Source: Chlamydiia bacterium
GTDB lineage: Bacteria; Chlamydiota; Chlamydiia; Chlamydiales; GCA-2402025
Length of the DNA: 64,000 nt
Reading direction: 5' to 3'
Assembly (NCBI GenBank): GCA_030427725.1
Contig: JAUICV010000002.1
Coordinates: 69,013-133,012 of the forward strand
Of this stretch, positions 20,117-28,895 are shown piece by piece (the first letter of the stretch is position 1; each line of letters begins with the position of its first letter). Made by a program: the position numbers and the translations under genes. The notes beneath the pieces are model-generated. The model searched no databases, was not told the DNA's origin, and worked only from the letters and a program-made list of their open reading frames with translations.

Positions 20117-21207
20117 ACTGCATCAAAAACTTTTTTCTAAATGCCCTTTTATTCTTTGGAAAACTCCTCGGAATGCAACGCTCAAACAAGGCAAAAAAAG
20201 ATCGTATCCTTATTGTCTCAACAACAGGTTTTGGTGATACTCTTTGGGCTACCCCTTCCATCGCTTCTATTAAATCTTCCTATCCAAACGCATCCCTAGC
20301 TGTACTAACAAGCCCTACCGGAAAAAAGCTTTTAACAAACTCTCCTCATATTGACGATATTTTTGTCTTAAAACCTTCCTTGTTTAACTCTTTAAAATTG
20401 CTTGTTTCCTTAAGGAAAAAACGATTCGAAACGGTGCTTTTGTTTCACAGCTCCCAAAGATTAACCCTTCCTCTAATCTCACTCCTTGGAGCAAAAGAGA
20501 TCATAGGAACCAAAGAAATGAGTAAAGGCTTTGATAAACTTTTAACAAAAGCATTTGAAAAACCAGACAATGTTCACGAAATCAAAAGACGACTTGAATT
20601 ATCTTCTACCCTCAATCTCTCTGAAGAGATTCCTCAAATGGAAGTTTATCCCTCATCTTCTGATAATAAAACAGCGCTATCTTACCTCCCAGAAAAGGTT
20701 CATGGTCCTATCATAGTTTTTCACCCTGGAGCTAAAGACTTATTCAAACTGTGGAGCATTGACTGTTTTGCAAAACTTGGGAACAGTCTAGAAAAAAAGT
20801 TAAACGCTCACATTTATATAACCGGCTGCGCAAACGAAAAAAAACTAACTGACGACCTCTGTAAAAAGCTCCCGAGTGCTCATGATTTATGCAATCTGCT
20901 CTCTCCTTTGGAGCTAGCTTCTTTTTTTAAACACGTAGACCTTGTTATCACCGCGGACACAGGACCTATGCACTTAGCTTTTGCAACAAACACTAAAACT
21001 CTCGCATTATTTTCTCCTACAAACCCGAAACTTTGCGGCCCCTTTAACAAAAATAATGTAACGGTCATTCAAAAAAAACAAACATGTCTTCCATGTAAAA
21101 GAAAAAAGTGTAAAAACGCTTTTTGTATGCTTCAGATTTCTCCAGATGAAGTGTTTCATGAAGCACTAGCCCTTTTACAAACCTCATCAGGAGCTGAAAT
21201 AAAATGA
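20113..21207 (+). CDS. Glycosyltransferase family 9 (heptosyltransferase-like)
   Basis: RILIVSTTGFGDTLWATPSIASIK N-terminus and DLVITADTGPMHLA C-terminal motif. There is a C-terminal Cys cluster, TCLPCKRKKCKNAFC. ATGA overlaps join it to both carB and pyrB. Confidence 0.8.
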   Translation: MNCIKNFFLNALLFFGKLLGMQRSNKAKKDRILIVSTTGFGDTLWATPSIASIKSSYPNASLAVLTSPTGKKLLTNSPHIDDIFVLKPSLFNSLKLLVSLRKKRFETVLLFHSSQRLTLPLISLLGAKEIIGTKEMSKGFDKLLTKAFEKPDNVHEIKRRLELSSTLNLSEEIPQMEVYPSSSDNKTALSYLPEKVHGPIIVFHPGAKDLFKLWSIDCFAKLGNSLEKKLNAHIYITGCANEKKLTDDLCKKLPSAHDLCNLLSPLELASFFKHVDLVITADTGPMHLAFATNTKTLALFSPTNPKLCGPFNKNNVTVIQKKQTCLPCKRKKCKNAFCMLQISPDEVFHEALALLQTSSGAEIK

Positions 21208-22172
21208 GTGAGCCAAAATTCCCTAAACACTTGATCTCGATCAACGATCTTCAAAAAGAGCACATAAACCAAGTGTTAACTCTTTCGGAAGATTTGAAAG
21301 CTAAGAAACGCTCAAACCTTTGTCTACAAGGAAAACTTTTAGCTACACTGTTTTTTGAACCATCGACTAGAACTAGGTTGTCGTTTGAAGCTGCAATCAA
21401 AAAACTAGGGGGATCAGTTATTTCAGAAATTGATCAAAGCTCAAGCGCTAGTGCCAAAGGAGAATCGTTTAGTGACTCTATTAAAATCTCCTCTTTATAT
21501 TCAGACGCTATTGTCCTTAGACATCCCCATGAAGGATCAGCAAAACTTGCATCAGAGATCTCTGATGTACCAATTATCAACGCTGGAGATGGATCAAATG
21601 AACATCCTACCCAGACGCTTCTAGACCTGTTTTCTATTCAAGAAAGCATGGGAGCTATCGATGGACTAAACGTTGCATTTGTTGGCGACTTAAAACATGG
21701 TCGAACCGTGCATTCTTTAGCTAAAGCTTTATCTCATTACGACGTGAGGCTCTATTTTATCTCCCCTAGTAATCTCATGCTCCCTGACCAAATTGCCTAT
21801 GAGCTAAGCATTAAAGGTGTGAAATATTCCTTTCATAAAAGCTATGACGAGGTTATCGACAAACTAGATATACTCTACATGACAAGGCTACAACAAGAGC
21901 GCCTAGACATCAAGACTGAAGTGACACCCTACTGTTTGAAGCTGTCCGACCTATCAAAAGCAAAAAAGCACTTACGGGTCTTACATCCACTCCCCCGTGT
22001 TGATGAACTGGATACAAAAATAGATGCAACAGATCACGCCTATTATTTTCAACAAGCTCAAAACGGTCTGTATGTGAGACAGGCTCTTTTATTAAAGCTA
22101 TTATCAAATCAAAACACTATGCAAGGACTTGTAAATGATCAAACAAACACTTTCAGTCTCAGCCATACATAA
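21204..22172 (+). CDS. pyrB: Aspartate carbamoyltransferase catalytic chain
   Basis: FFEPSTRTRLSFE carbamoyl-phosphate motif, HPTQ, and HPLPRVDE. Confidence 0.92.
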   Translation: MSEPKFPKHLISINDLQKEHINQVLTLSEDLKAKKRSNLCLQGKLLATLFFEPSTRTRLSFEAAIKKLGGSVISEIDQSSSASAKGESFSDSIKISSLYSDAIVLRHPHEGSAKLASEISDVPIINAGDGSNEHPTQTLLDLFSIQESMGAIDGLNVAFVGDLKHGRTVHSLAKALSHYDVRLYFISPSNLMLPDQIAYELSIKGVKYSFHKSYDEVIDKLDILYMTRLQQERLDIKTEVTPYCLKLSDLSKAKKHLRVLHPLPRVDELDTKIDATDHAYYFQQAQNGLYVRQALLLKLLSNQNTMQGLVNDQTNTFSLSHT

Positions 22173-22593
22173 CGGATCCGTTATTGATCACATCCCAAGC
22201 GGGGAAGTTTTAAAGCTTATATCAATTTTAAAACTTTCCGAAGAAAGGTTATATTTGGGACTCAACCTCCCTTCAAAAAGAATGGGGAAGAAAGACCTCC
22301 TTAAAGTTCATAACTTAAGTCTTAGCGAAAGTGATCTGCAACATATTGCAATTTTTGCCCCAAAAGCTACCATCAACATCATTCAAGACTACCAGATCAT
22401 AAAAAAACTAAAAGCAACTCTCCCTTCTGTGATACATGGCGTCTTAAAATGTCCAAACGAAAATTGCATCACAAGACACACCCCTACAAAAACTAGATTT
22501 CATGTAAAGTCGCACAAAGAAAAACTCTACCTTAGTTGCGATTACTGCAACAAAGACCACTTAAAAGATACTGTTAGAGAGGTAAGTTTATGA
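22135..22593 (+). CDS. pyrI: Aspartate carbamoyltransferase regulatory chain
   Basis: V.AI.NGSVIDHIP N-terminal motif and a C-terminal zinc domain, CPNENCIT....C.YC. Overlaps pyrB by 38 nt. Confidence 0.85.
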   Translation: MIKQTLSVSAIHNGSVIDHIPSGEVLKLISILKLSEERLYLGLNLPSKRMGKKDLLKVHNLSLSESDLQHIAIFAPKATINIIQDYQIIKKLKATLPSVIHGVLKCPNENCITRHTPTKTRFHVKSHKEKLYLSCDYCNKDHLKDTVREVSL

Positions 22594-23825
22594 TTACAGT
22601 TGAAAACATCTTACTAGCTGATGGACAGAGGAAGGATTTATTTATTGAGTCTTCAACTCATAAAGTCATAGATGGGTCTTCTCTTTTAGCATTGCCAGGT
22701 CTTATTGACACACACGTTCATTTTAGAACGCCTGGACATGAGTATAAAGAAAATTGGATAACTGGTGCCCAAGCTGCGATAGCCGGAGGTTATACAACCG
22801 TTTTTGACATGCCCAACACGACCCCTTCAACTATCTCAAAGCAAACCTTATCAGAAAAAAAAGCTCTTATTGAAAAACAACTCGAAGAGGCAGGTATTCC
22901 TCTTAATTATGGGTTATATTTGGGAGTAGACAAAAACCATTTTGATGAAATCTCAAAGTGTCTTTTAGATATTGTTGCCTTAAAGATATTTATGAGTTCT
23001 TCAACAGGATCATTACTGGTATCTGATGATAGCTCCTTACACGCAGCTTTTGCCTTAGCAAAAGCATTTGATCTTTTAATTTGCACTCATGCTGAAGATG
23101 AAACGACTATTTTAAAAAATACAGACCTTTATCAAGAGAAAACTTTTTCCACTCATAGCCTAGTTCGGGACGAAGTTGCAGCTGCAAAAGGTGTCGAAAA
23201 AGCTATTTCTCTTGCAAAACTTTATAATATAAGACTTCATATCTTGCATGTGAGCACGCAAGACGAGATAGCTCTTATCCGACAAGCTAAAGATGAAGGC
23301 GTTTTAGTCACAGCTGAAGCTACTCCTCAACATCTTTTTTTAGATGATGTGGCATATAATACTCTTGGTTCTAAGGCTCAGATTAACCCAGCTCTAAGAG
23401 ATAAAAAACATAGAATAGCTCTTTTGAAAGCTGTTCAAGATGGTATTATTGACACCATCGGCTCTGACCATGCTCCACACACACTAGAAGAAAAAGCTCT
23501 TCCGTATGGAAAAGCACCATCTGGAATGCCAGGCATTGAAACAACGCTGCCCCTGCTTCTAACCGCATATCACAACAAACTATTAACTTTAGAGCAAATC
23601 CAAAAGCTCACTCATGATAATCCAAAAAACATTTACCGTTTAGAGTCTCAAAATGATTGGACTCTTGTAGATCTTGCTATGGAAAAAACAATCTCAAAAA
23701 AAGATCTCAAAACAAAATGTGGGTGGTCAGCTTTTGAAGGAATGACCATGAAAGGTTTTCCTGTCTACACCATATTAAAAGGTCATATATTTACAGCTCA
23801 AACATTAGGAGCCCTAACATGTTAG
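22590..23825 (+). CDS. pyrC: Dihydroorotase (long, type I form)
   Basis: GLIDTHVHFRTPG metal-binding HxH motif, GSDHAPH, 411 aa. Confidence 0.87.
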   Translation: MITVENILLADGQRKDLFIESSTHKVIDGSSLLALPGLIDTHVHFRTPGHEYKENWITGAQAAIAGGYTTVFDMPNTTPSTISKQTLSEKKALIEKQLEEAGIPLNYGLYLGVDKNHFDEISKCLLDIVALKIFMSSSTGSLLVSDDSSLHAAFALAKAFDLLICTHAEDETTILKNTDLYQEKTFSTHSLVRDEVAAAKGVEKAISLAKLYNIRLHILHVSTQDEIALIRQAKDEGVLVTAEATPQHLFLDDVAYNTLGSKAQINPALRDKKHRIALLKAVQDGIIDTIGSDHAPHTLEEKALPYGKAPSGMPGIETTLPLLLTAYHNKLLTLEQIQKLTHDNPKNIYRLESQNDWTLVDLAMEKTISKKDLKTKCGWSAFEGMTMKGFPVYTILKGHIFTAQTLGALTC

Positions 23826-24928
23826 AGACACAAACCTCTCCTTTGATTCCAAAATGGACAAATGATTTAGATCCTATTTACGACATTAATAAAACATATC
23901 TTGAAAATTTTGAAGAGGGGCCTTTTTTCCAAGGACTGATCCCCTGCAGAAAATTCAATAACCAATCGGAGTGGCTTGATTTTTTAGGTCATAAAGTCAT
24001 GTCTCCTCTAGGTGTTCCAGCTGGCCCTTTACTAAGCTCAAAATGGATCAGTCTTGCTTCAAAACTAGGTTTTGATATTCTGACATACAAAACAATCCGC
24101 TCGAAAAAACATAAGGCTCATCCTCTACCAAACATGCTTTATGTTGATCCAATCAACGAAAAGAATCATTCATTTCAGAAAGCTATTTCAAGAAAAACTC
24201 CGCATGAAAACATCAACAATCTTAGCGTGACAAATTCTTTTGGAATGCCTTCGATGTCTAAAAATTTCCTTTTAGAAGATATCGGAAAAGCTAATAACTG
24301 TTTGTTGCCAGGGCAACTACTAGTTGTTTCTATAGTTGGAACGTCCTCTCCAGGCATTGACCTGTTCCAAGATTTTGTAGAAGCTGCAGCACTAGCAAAA
24401 GATGCTGGGGCAAAAGTAATCGAAGCTAATTTTTCATGCCCTAACGTTAACTCTAAAGAAGGCTCTTTATATAAAGATCCAGATGCAGTCTATAGGCTTG
24501 GGAAAAAACTTAAAGAAGCTCTAGGGTCTACACCCTTAATTATTAAAGTTGGATATTTAGAATCTGATAACGAAATAGAAAAGCTGGCATTAGCTGCTGC
24601 AAAAGCTAACATCGATGCTATTTCAGGAATCAATACAATAAGCGCTAGTGTTAACACTCCAGAGGGAAATCCAGCACTTTCAGACCTTAGAAAAAACTCT
24701 GGGATCTGTGGTGGTCCTATCAGAGACTATGGAGTGCAGTTTATTAAAAAACTTTCTAACCTTATAAAAACCCACCAACTTCACTTACCACTAATCGGAG
24801 TGGGAGGAATCACATTGCCAGAAGATTTTGACAAATATTTATCAGCTGGCGCCACGGTCTCACAAAGTGCAACAGGCATGATGTGGGATCCTTATTTAGC
24901 AATGAGATACCACCAAAAAGGAGATTAA
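23819..24928 (+). CDS. pyrD: Dihydroorotate dehydrogenase, class-1-like with N-terminal extension
   Basis: TIM-barrel DHOD pattern. EANFSCPN places a Cys at the catalytic-base position, and GVGGI lies near the C-terminus. About 60 extra N-terminal residues. No pyrK-like gene is nearby. Confidence 0.7.
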   Translation: MLETQTSPLIPKWTNDLDPIYDINKTYLENFEEGPFFQGLIPCRKFNNQSEWLDFLGHKVMSPLGVPAGPLLSSKWISLASKLGFDILTYKTIRSKKHKAHPLPNMLYVDPINEKNHSFQKAISRKTPHENINNLSVTNSFGMPSMSKNFLLEDIGKANNCLLPGQLLVVSIVGTSSPGIDLFQDFVEAAALAKDAGAKVIEANFSCPNVNSKEGSLYKDPDAVYRLGKKLKEALGSTPLIIKVGYLESDNEIEKLALAAAKANIDAISGINTISASVNTPEGNPALSDLRKNSGICGGPIRDYGVQFIKKLSNLIKTHQLHLPLIGVGGITLPEDFDKYLSAGATVSQSATGMMWDPYLAMRYHQKGD

Positions 24929-24932
24929 ATTC

Positions 24933-25544
24933 ATGCTCGATCTAAAAAGAAACATCATCGAAGAACTTTATGACATTCAAGCTATCAAATTTGGTCAGTT
25001 TACATTAAAAAGCGGAATAGAGTCCCCTTTCTATGTGGATCTAAGACTTATTATTTCTTATCCTGATCTTCTTAAAAAAATATCAGATTTAGCTTGGTCC
25101 AAAGCCTCACATCTAAAAAAAGATCTCATATGTGGAGTTCCTTATACAGCTCTACCTATTGCAACTTGTCTGTCTATCTCTCATAACATCCCGATGCTTA
25201 TGAAAAGAAAAGAAGCCAAGGACTATGGAACAAAAAAACTTGTGGAAGGAAACTTTGAACAAGGCCAGCAATGTCTCATCATTGAAGATATTATTACCTC
25301 TGGGAAATCAATCATTGAAACCGTAGAACCTTTAGAGGAGCTTGGATTAAAAGTTAACGATGTCATCATTATTTTAGACAGAGAACAAGGTGGAACTCAA
25401 AATGTAAAAAAACATGGTTTTTTTGTTCATAGCTTGATGACCATAACAGATGTGATTAACCATCTTGTAAAAGCAGGTAAACTATCAAAAGAGACGGGAG
25501 AAGCTACGATAGAATTCACTCAAACCAATCAAGTCTTGGTGTAG
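24933..25544 (+). CDS. pyrE: Orotate phosphoribosyltransferase
   Basis: FTLKSGIESPFYVDLR and the PRPP-binding loop CLIIEDIITSGKS. Confidence 0.88.
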   Translation: MLDLKRNIIEELYDIQAIKFGQFTLKSGIESPFYVDLRLIISYPDLLKKISDLAWSKASHLKKDLICGVPYTALPIATCLSISHNIPMLMKRKEAKDYGTKKLVEGNFEQGQQCLIIEDIITSGKSIIETVEPLEELGLKVNDVIIILDREQGGTQNVKKHGFFVHSLMTITDVINHLVKAGKLSKETGEATIEFTQTNQVLV

Positions 25545-25548
25545 CCAG

Positions 25549-26322
25549 ATGAAGTCCCTTAGCTACACAGATAGGATCCCTTACTGCTCAAACCCTGTTG
25601 CAAAAAATTTGCTAAAAATCATGGATGAGAAAAAAACAAACCTTTGTTTCAATCCAGATGTCACAAAGTCAAGTGAACTTTTGAGATTAACAAAACTTGT
25701 AGCTCCTTATATCTGCACATTAAAAACTCACATCGATGTACTAGAAGATTTTACCCCCTCTGTTACTAATGAGTTGAAAAAACTTGCCAAAGAGCATAAT
25801 TTTTTAATCTTTGAAGATAGGAAATTTGCAGACATTGGCAACACAGTCAAACTGCAATATGAAAAAGGGGTCTATCAAATTGCGAACTGGGCAGATATAA
25901 CCAATGCACACGTCGTTGCCGGTCCTGGTACAATAAAAGGACTTGAAGCTATAGGAAAGCCCAAGCAAAGAGCTTTACTTCTTTTAGCAGAAATGAGTTC
26001 TGAAGGAAATCTAGCAACAGGCAGTTATACTAAAAACGCCTTAAAGATGGCTGAAGATCATTCAGATTTTTGCATTGGCTTTATAGCGATGAAAAAAATC
26101 TCTGACGACCCTAAATTTTTACACCTAACCCCCGGTGTAAAAAAAGAAATCGGAACAGATAAATTGGGACAAAAATACAAAACACCTAGAAGTGTTATTT
26201 TTGAAAATCAAAGCGATGTAATTATTGTTGGGCGAGGTATCTATCAAGCTGAAGATCCAGCAAAAGAAGCCAAAGAGTTTGCAAAACTTGGCTTTAATGC
26301 ATACCTTGAAAGACTCTCATGA
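25549..26322 (+). CDS. pyrF: Orotidine-5'-phosphate decarboxylase (URA3-like form)
   Basis: FEDRKFADIGNTV motif, LKTHIDV, and IIVGRGI near the C-terminus. Confidence 0.88.
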   Translation: MKSLSYTDRIPYCSNPVAKNLLKIMDEKKTNLCFNPDVTKSSELLRLTKLVAPYICTLKTHIDVLEDFTPSVTNELKKLAKEHNFLIFEDRKFADIGNTVKLQYEKGVYQIANWADITNAHVVAGPGTIKGLEAIGKPKQRALLLLAEMSSEGNLATGSYTKNALKMAEDHSDFCIGFIAMKKISDDPKFLHLTPGVKKEIGTDKLGQKYKTPRSVIFENQSDVIIVGRGIYQAEDPAKEAKEFAKLGFNAYLERLS

Positions 26323-27275
26323 AAATCTGTATTATCATCTTAAATTTTAACGGAGAGAAAGACACTCTTGAGTGTCTTTGCTCCCTACAGAATTTATCAC
26401 ACTCTAATTTTGAGATTTTAGTTGTCGACAATGGATCTCGTCTAAATTCTATAACTGAGATCAAAAAGCAATTCCCCGATATTAACTATCTTGAAAACAA
26501 GGAAAACTTAGGTTTTGCTGAAGGGAACAACAGAGGAATACAACAATCCTTAGATCAATTTGACGCGCTTCTTATTTTAAACAACGATACGGTTGTTGAC
26601 CCAGACATCCTCAATCACTTCGAGGAAGCCGTAATAAAAAAACCTAAGAGTATTTTTGGTGCCGTAGCCTACAGATATAGTGATAAAACAAAACTTGATC
26701 ACTTAGGAGGAATCTGGAATAAAAAAACAGCGATGTTTGACTTAGTTGGCTATAAAGCTGCCATCGAAATATTACCGAACGAATCCTTTGAAAATTTAGA
26801 TTATGTCTGTGGTTGTGCGCTTTTTGCAACGACCAAGGCCTTTAAAGAAATCGGGCTTTTCGATCCACGTTTTTTCTTATTTTGGGAGGAGAGCGATTTT
26901 TGTTTTAGAGCAAAAAAATTAGGGTATCAAATCCTCATTTGTAAAGAAGCAAAAATTTGGCATAAAGTATCTGCCTCCTTTACAGGAGGGAAACCTCACA
27001 CCACTTATTTTTGGTGGAGAAATCGTCTTCTTTGGATAGAAAAAAACATCCCTTTCCCAGATAGATTTTTTCTTTGGGTTAGAGTTTTACTCCCCGCTAT
27101 TTTCAAAATAATTCGTCATAAATACCTTAAAAGGTTTCAGTTACTGTTCATTAAGAAAAATAGTCCAAACTATATTCGTAAACAACAATATATATTAATC
27201 CAAAAAGCAGCTTTGCAGGGAATTTTTGATTATTTTAGACGTCGTTTCTTTCAAGGTCCTAAATGGATCTTCTAA
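26319..27275 (+). CDS. Glycosyltransferase family 2 (rhamnosyltransferase-like group)
   Basis: ICIIILNFNGEKDTLECLCSL, VVDNGS, and NLGFAEGNNRG motifs. ATGA overlap with the pyrF stop. Confidence 0.8.
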   Translation: MKICIIILNFNGEKDTLECLCSLQNLSHSNFEILVVDNGSRLNSITEIKKQFPDINYLENKENLGFAEGNNRGIQQSLDQFDALLILNNDTVVDPDILNHFEEAVIKKPKSIFGAVAYRYSDKTKLDHLGGIWNKKTAMFDLVGYKAAIEILPNESFENLDYVCGCALFATTKAFKEIGLFDPRFFLFWEESDFCFRAKKLGYQILICKEAKIWHKVSASFTGGKPHTTYFWWRNRLLWIEKNIPFPDRFFLWVRVLLPAIFKIIRHKYLKRFQLLFIKKNSPNYIRKQQYILIQKAALQGIFDYFRRRFFQGPKWIF

Positions 27276-27705
27276 TCTCTCTCCCTCATTTTAATAGTGA
27301 AATAACAGCCTTAATTCCTCTTTCATACTGCTTCTATCGACGCTTAACTATTTCATAATAAGAGTCATATACTTAACCACAATGTCTAAAGGGCGTTTTG
27401 AGATTAATTTAGACAGCATCATAGTTACTTTCTAACCTATTTTATAAAAAATTGAGTCATTAAGAAATATCAAGTCAATTTTAAGACCCAGCCATGAATA
27501 ATCACTGGTTTATAGCTTGGCCTTCCTGTTGTATTTTCTTGAAAACCAGTGTTTTTTAGACAAATTTCATTAATTCAATTAGTTACAGTTTTACTCAAGA
27601 TTATAGTTTTTTATGTATTTATTACTAATGATTATATCAGTTTTTTTGATAAAAATGAATAGTGTGCTACATTTAAAGTATAAACAAAATTAAATGCGGT
27701 ATCAT

Positions 27706-28845
27706 ATGAAAATAAACCATAATAACCACAACGATCATTCACATAATAGTAATAATTCTCATATTTATCAGCAGGTTTTAGATAAAATTCATAAAACACT
27801 CGAATCAATTGAATCTGATCACAATTTAACTCCTGATGAAAGACACGCTAAGCTCGTTGAAATCAATGATTTAGAATCAAAAGCTAAAGACATTCAAAAT
27901 AATGTCAGAAATGAGCATGAAGCTACACAGGCTTATGAAGAGATTTTAGATCAATGCTCTACGCTCTCTCCTACAAGCCATAACCTTGGGAGTGCCCCAT
28001 CGGTATATCATGCCGTTACAGACAAGCTCAACAACAGACTAGCCTATTGGCAAAACCCTAGACCTGAAGCAACTCCCTACCAGCGAAGCCTTGCCCTTCA
28101 TATGATAAAGCAGATGCAATCATGGGTAAATGCTGTCCACGCTTCAAGCAGCTATGATGAATCTCAAAAGCTTAAGCAATACTATAGCATTGAGAATGAT
28201 CTTACATGCCTCACACCTAATGATGCAGACGAGGATGTAGATTGCGATTTCCTAATATATTATGCACCCAAAAAGTCATTCGATGAACACCAGGTAATCT
28301 CCTATCCAGATAGAATGAAGATTTCAAAAAAAAGACAGAGTATTGCAACTAACTATAACCAGCTTTACGACTATGCACGGTATGTAGCAGAAAATCTAAG
28401 ACAGGGCTCTTCCAAACAACCTCAGTATTTATATCGTTACAAACTATCACAAAGGATGCTTTCTAACATGCTAAAGACTCTTCCCAAAATCATAAGTGGC
28501 CCTGACTCCAATGCGTCTATAAACCGTTATTTGAACAAGTGTACAGGCTTGGTTAATAATCTGAAATGGGCTTTTGGTTTTATGCCAGATAGCGACCCTT
28601 CTGGAACAAGTTTATCAAGTGGAATCTATAATGATTCGGTTGGAATGATTCAAAACTTCAAGTCTAACATACTCGATAATTCATCGTTAAACCACAAAGA
28701 GAAACAAACTCTTCTTGATAAGTTGGATAAAAAGATCACTGAATTAAATAATGTCCAGCTATCTAATGTAGCTGATTCAGATAAACAAAATGAATACAAG
28801 AAAATTCTAGGCGAGGCCCAGTCGATCTACGAAAAAACCATTTAG
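27706..28845 (+). CDS. Hypothetical protein, mosaic paralog A (His/Asn-rich N-terminal module)
   Basis: Intact ORF. The track starts at 27694; the ATG at 27706 aligns with the paralog start. The first ~95 residues and last ~45 residues match the next gene. Confidence 0.6.
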   Translation: MKINHNNHNDHSHNSNNSHIYQQVLDKIHKTLESIESDHNLTPDERHAKLVEINDLESKAKDIQNNVRNEHEATQAYEEILDQCSTLSPTSHNLGSAPSVYHAVTDKLNNRLAYWQNPRPEATPYQRSLALHMIKQMQSWVNAVHASSSYDESQKLKQYYSIENDLTCLTPNDADEDVDCDFLIYYAPKKSFDEHQVISYPDRMKISKKRQSIATNYNQLYDYARYVAENLRQGSSKQPQYLYRYKLSQRMLSNMLKTLPKIISGPDSNASINRYLNKCTGLVNNLKWAFGFMPDSDPSGTSLSSGIYNDSVGMIQNFKSNILDNSSLNHKEKQTLLDKLDKKITELNNVQLSNVADSDKQNEYKKILGEAQSIYEKTI

Positions 28846-28895
28846 CTTTATCTATTACATTAAACTTCATAAACACCTAAAAAATAGGACCAACC

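Noticed and set aside
27276-27693. The 418-bp non-coding gap after the pyr operon, scanned for small genes, repeats or RNA structure. It contains 17- and 21-codon ORFs and a tgtctaaa/tttagaca stem.
   Set aside because: The mini-ORFs have no ribosome-binding sites. The stem has an 18-nt loop and no U-tract. The region is most simply an AT-rich promoter region for the downstream paralog pair.
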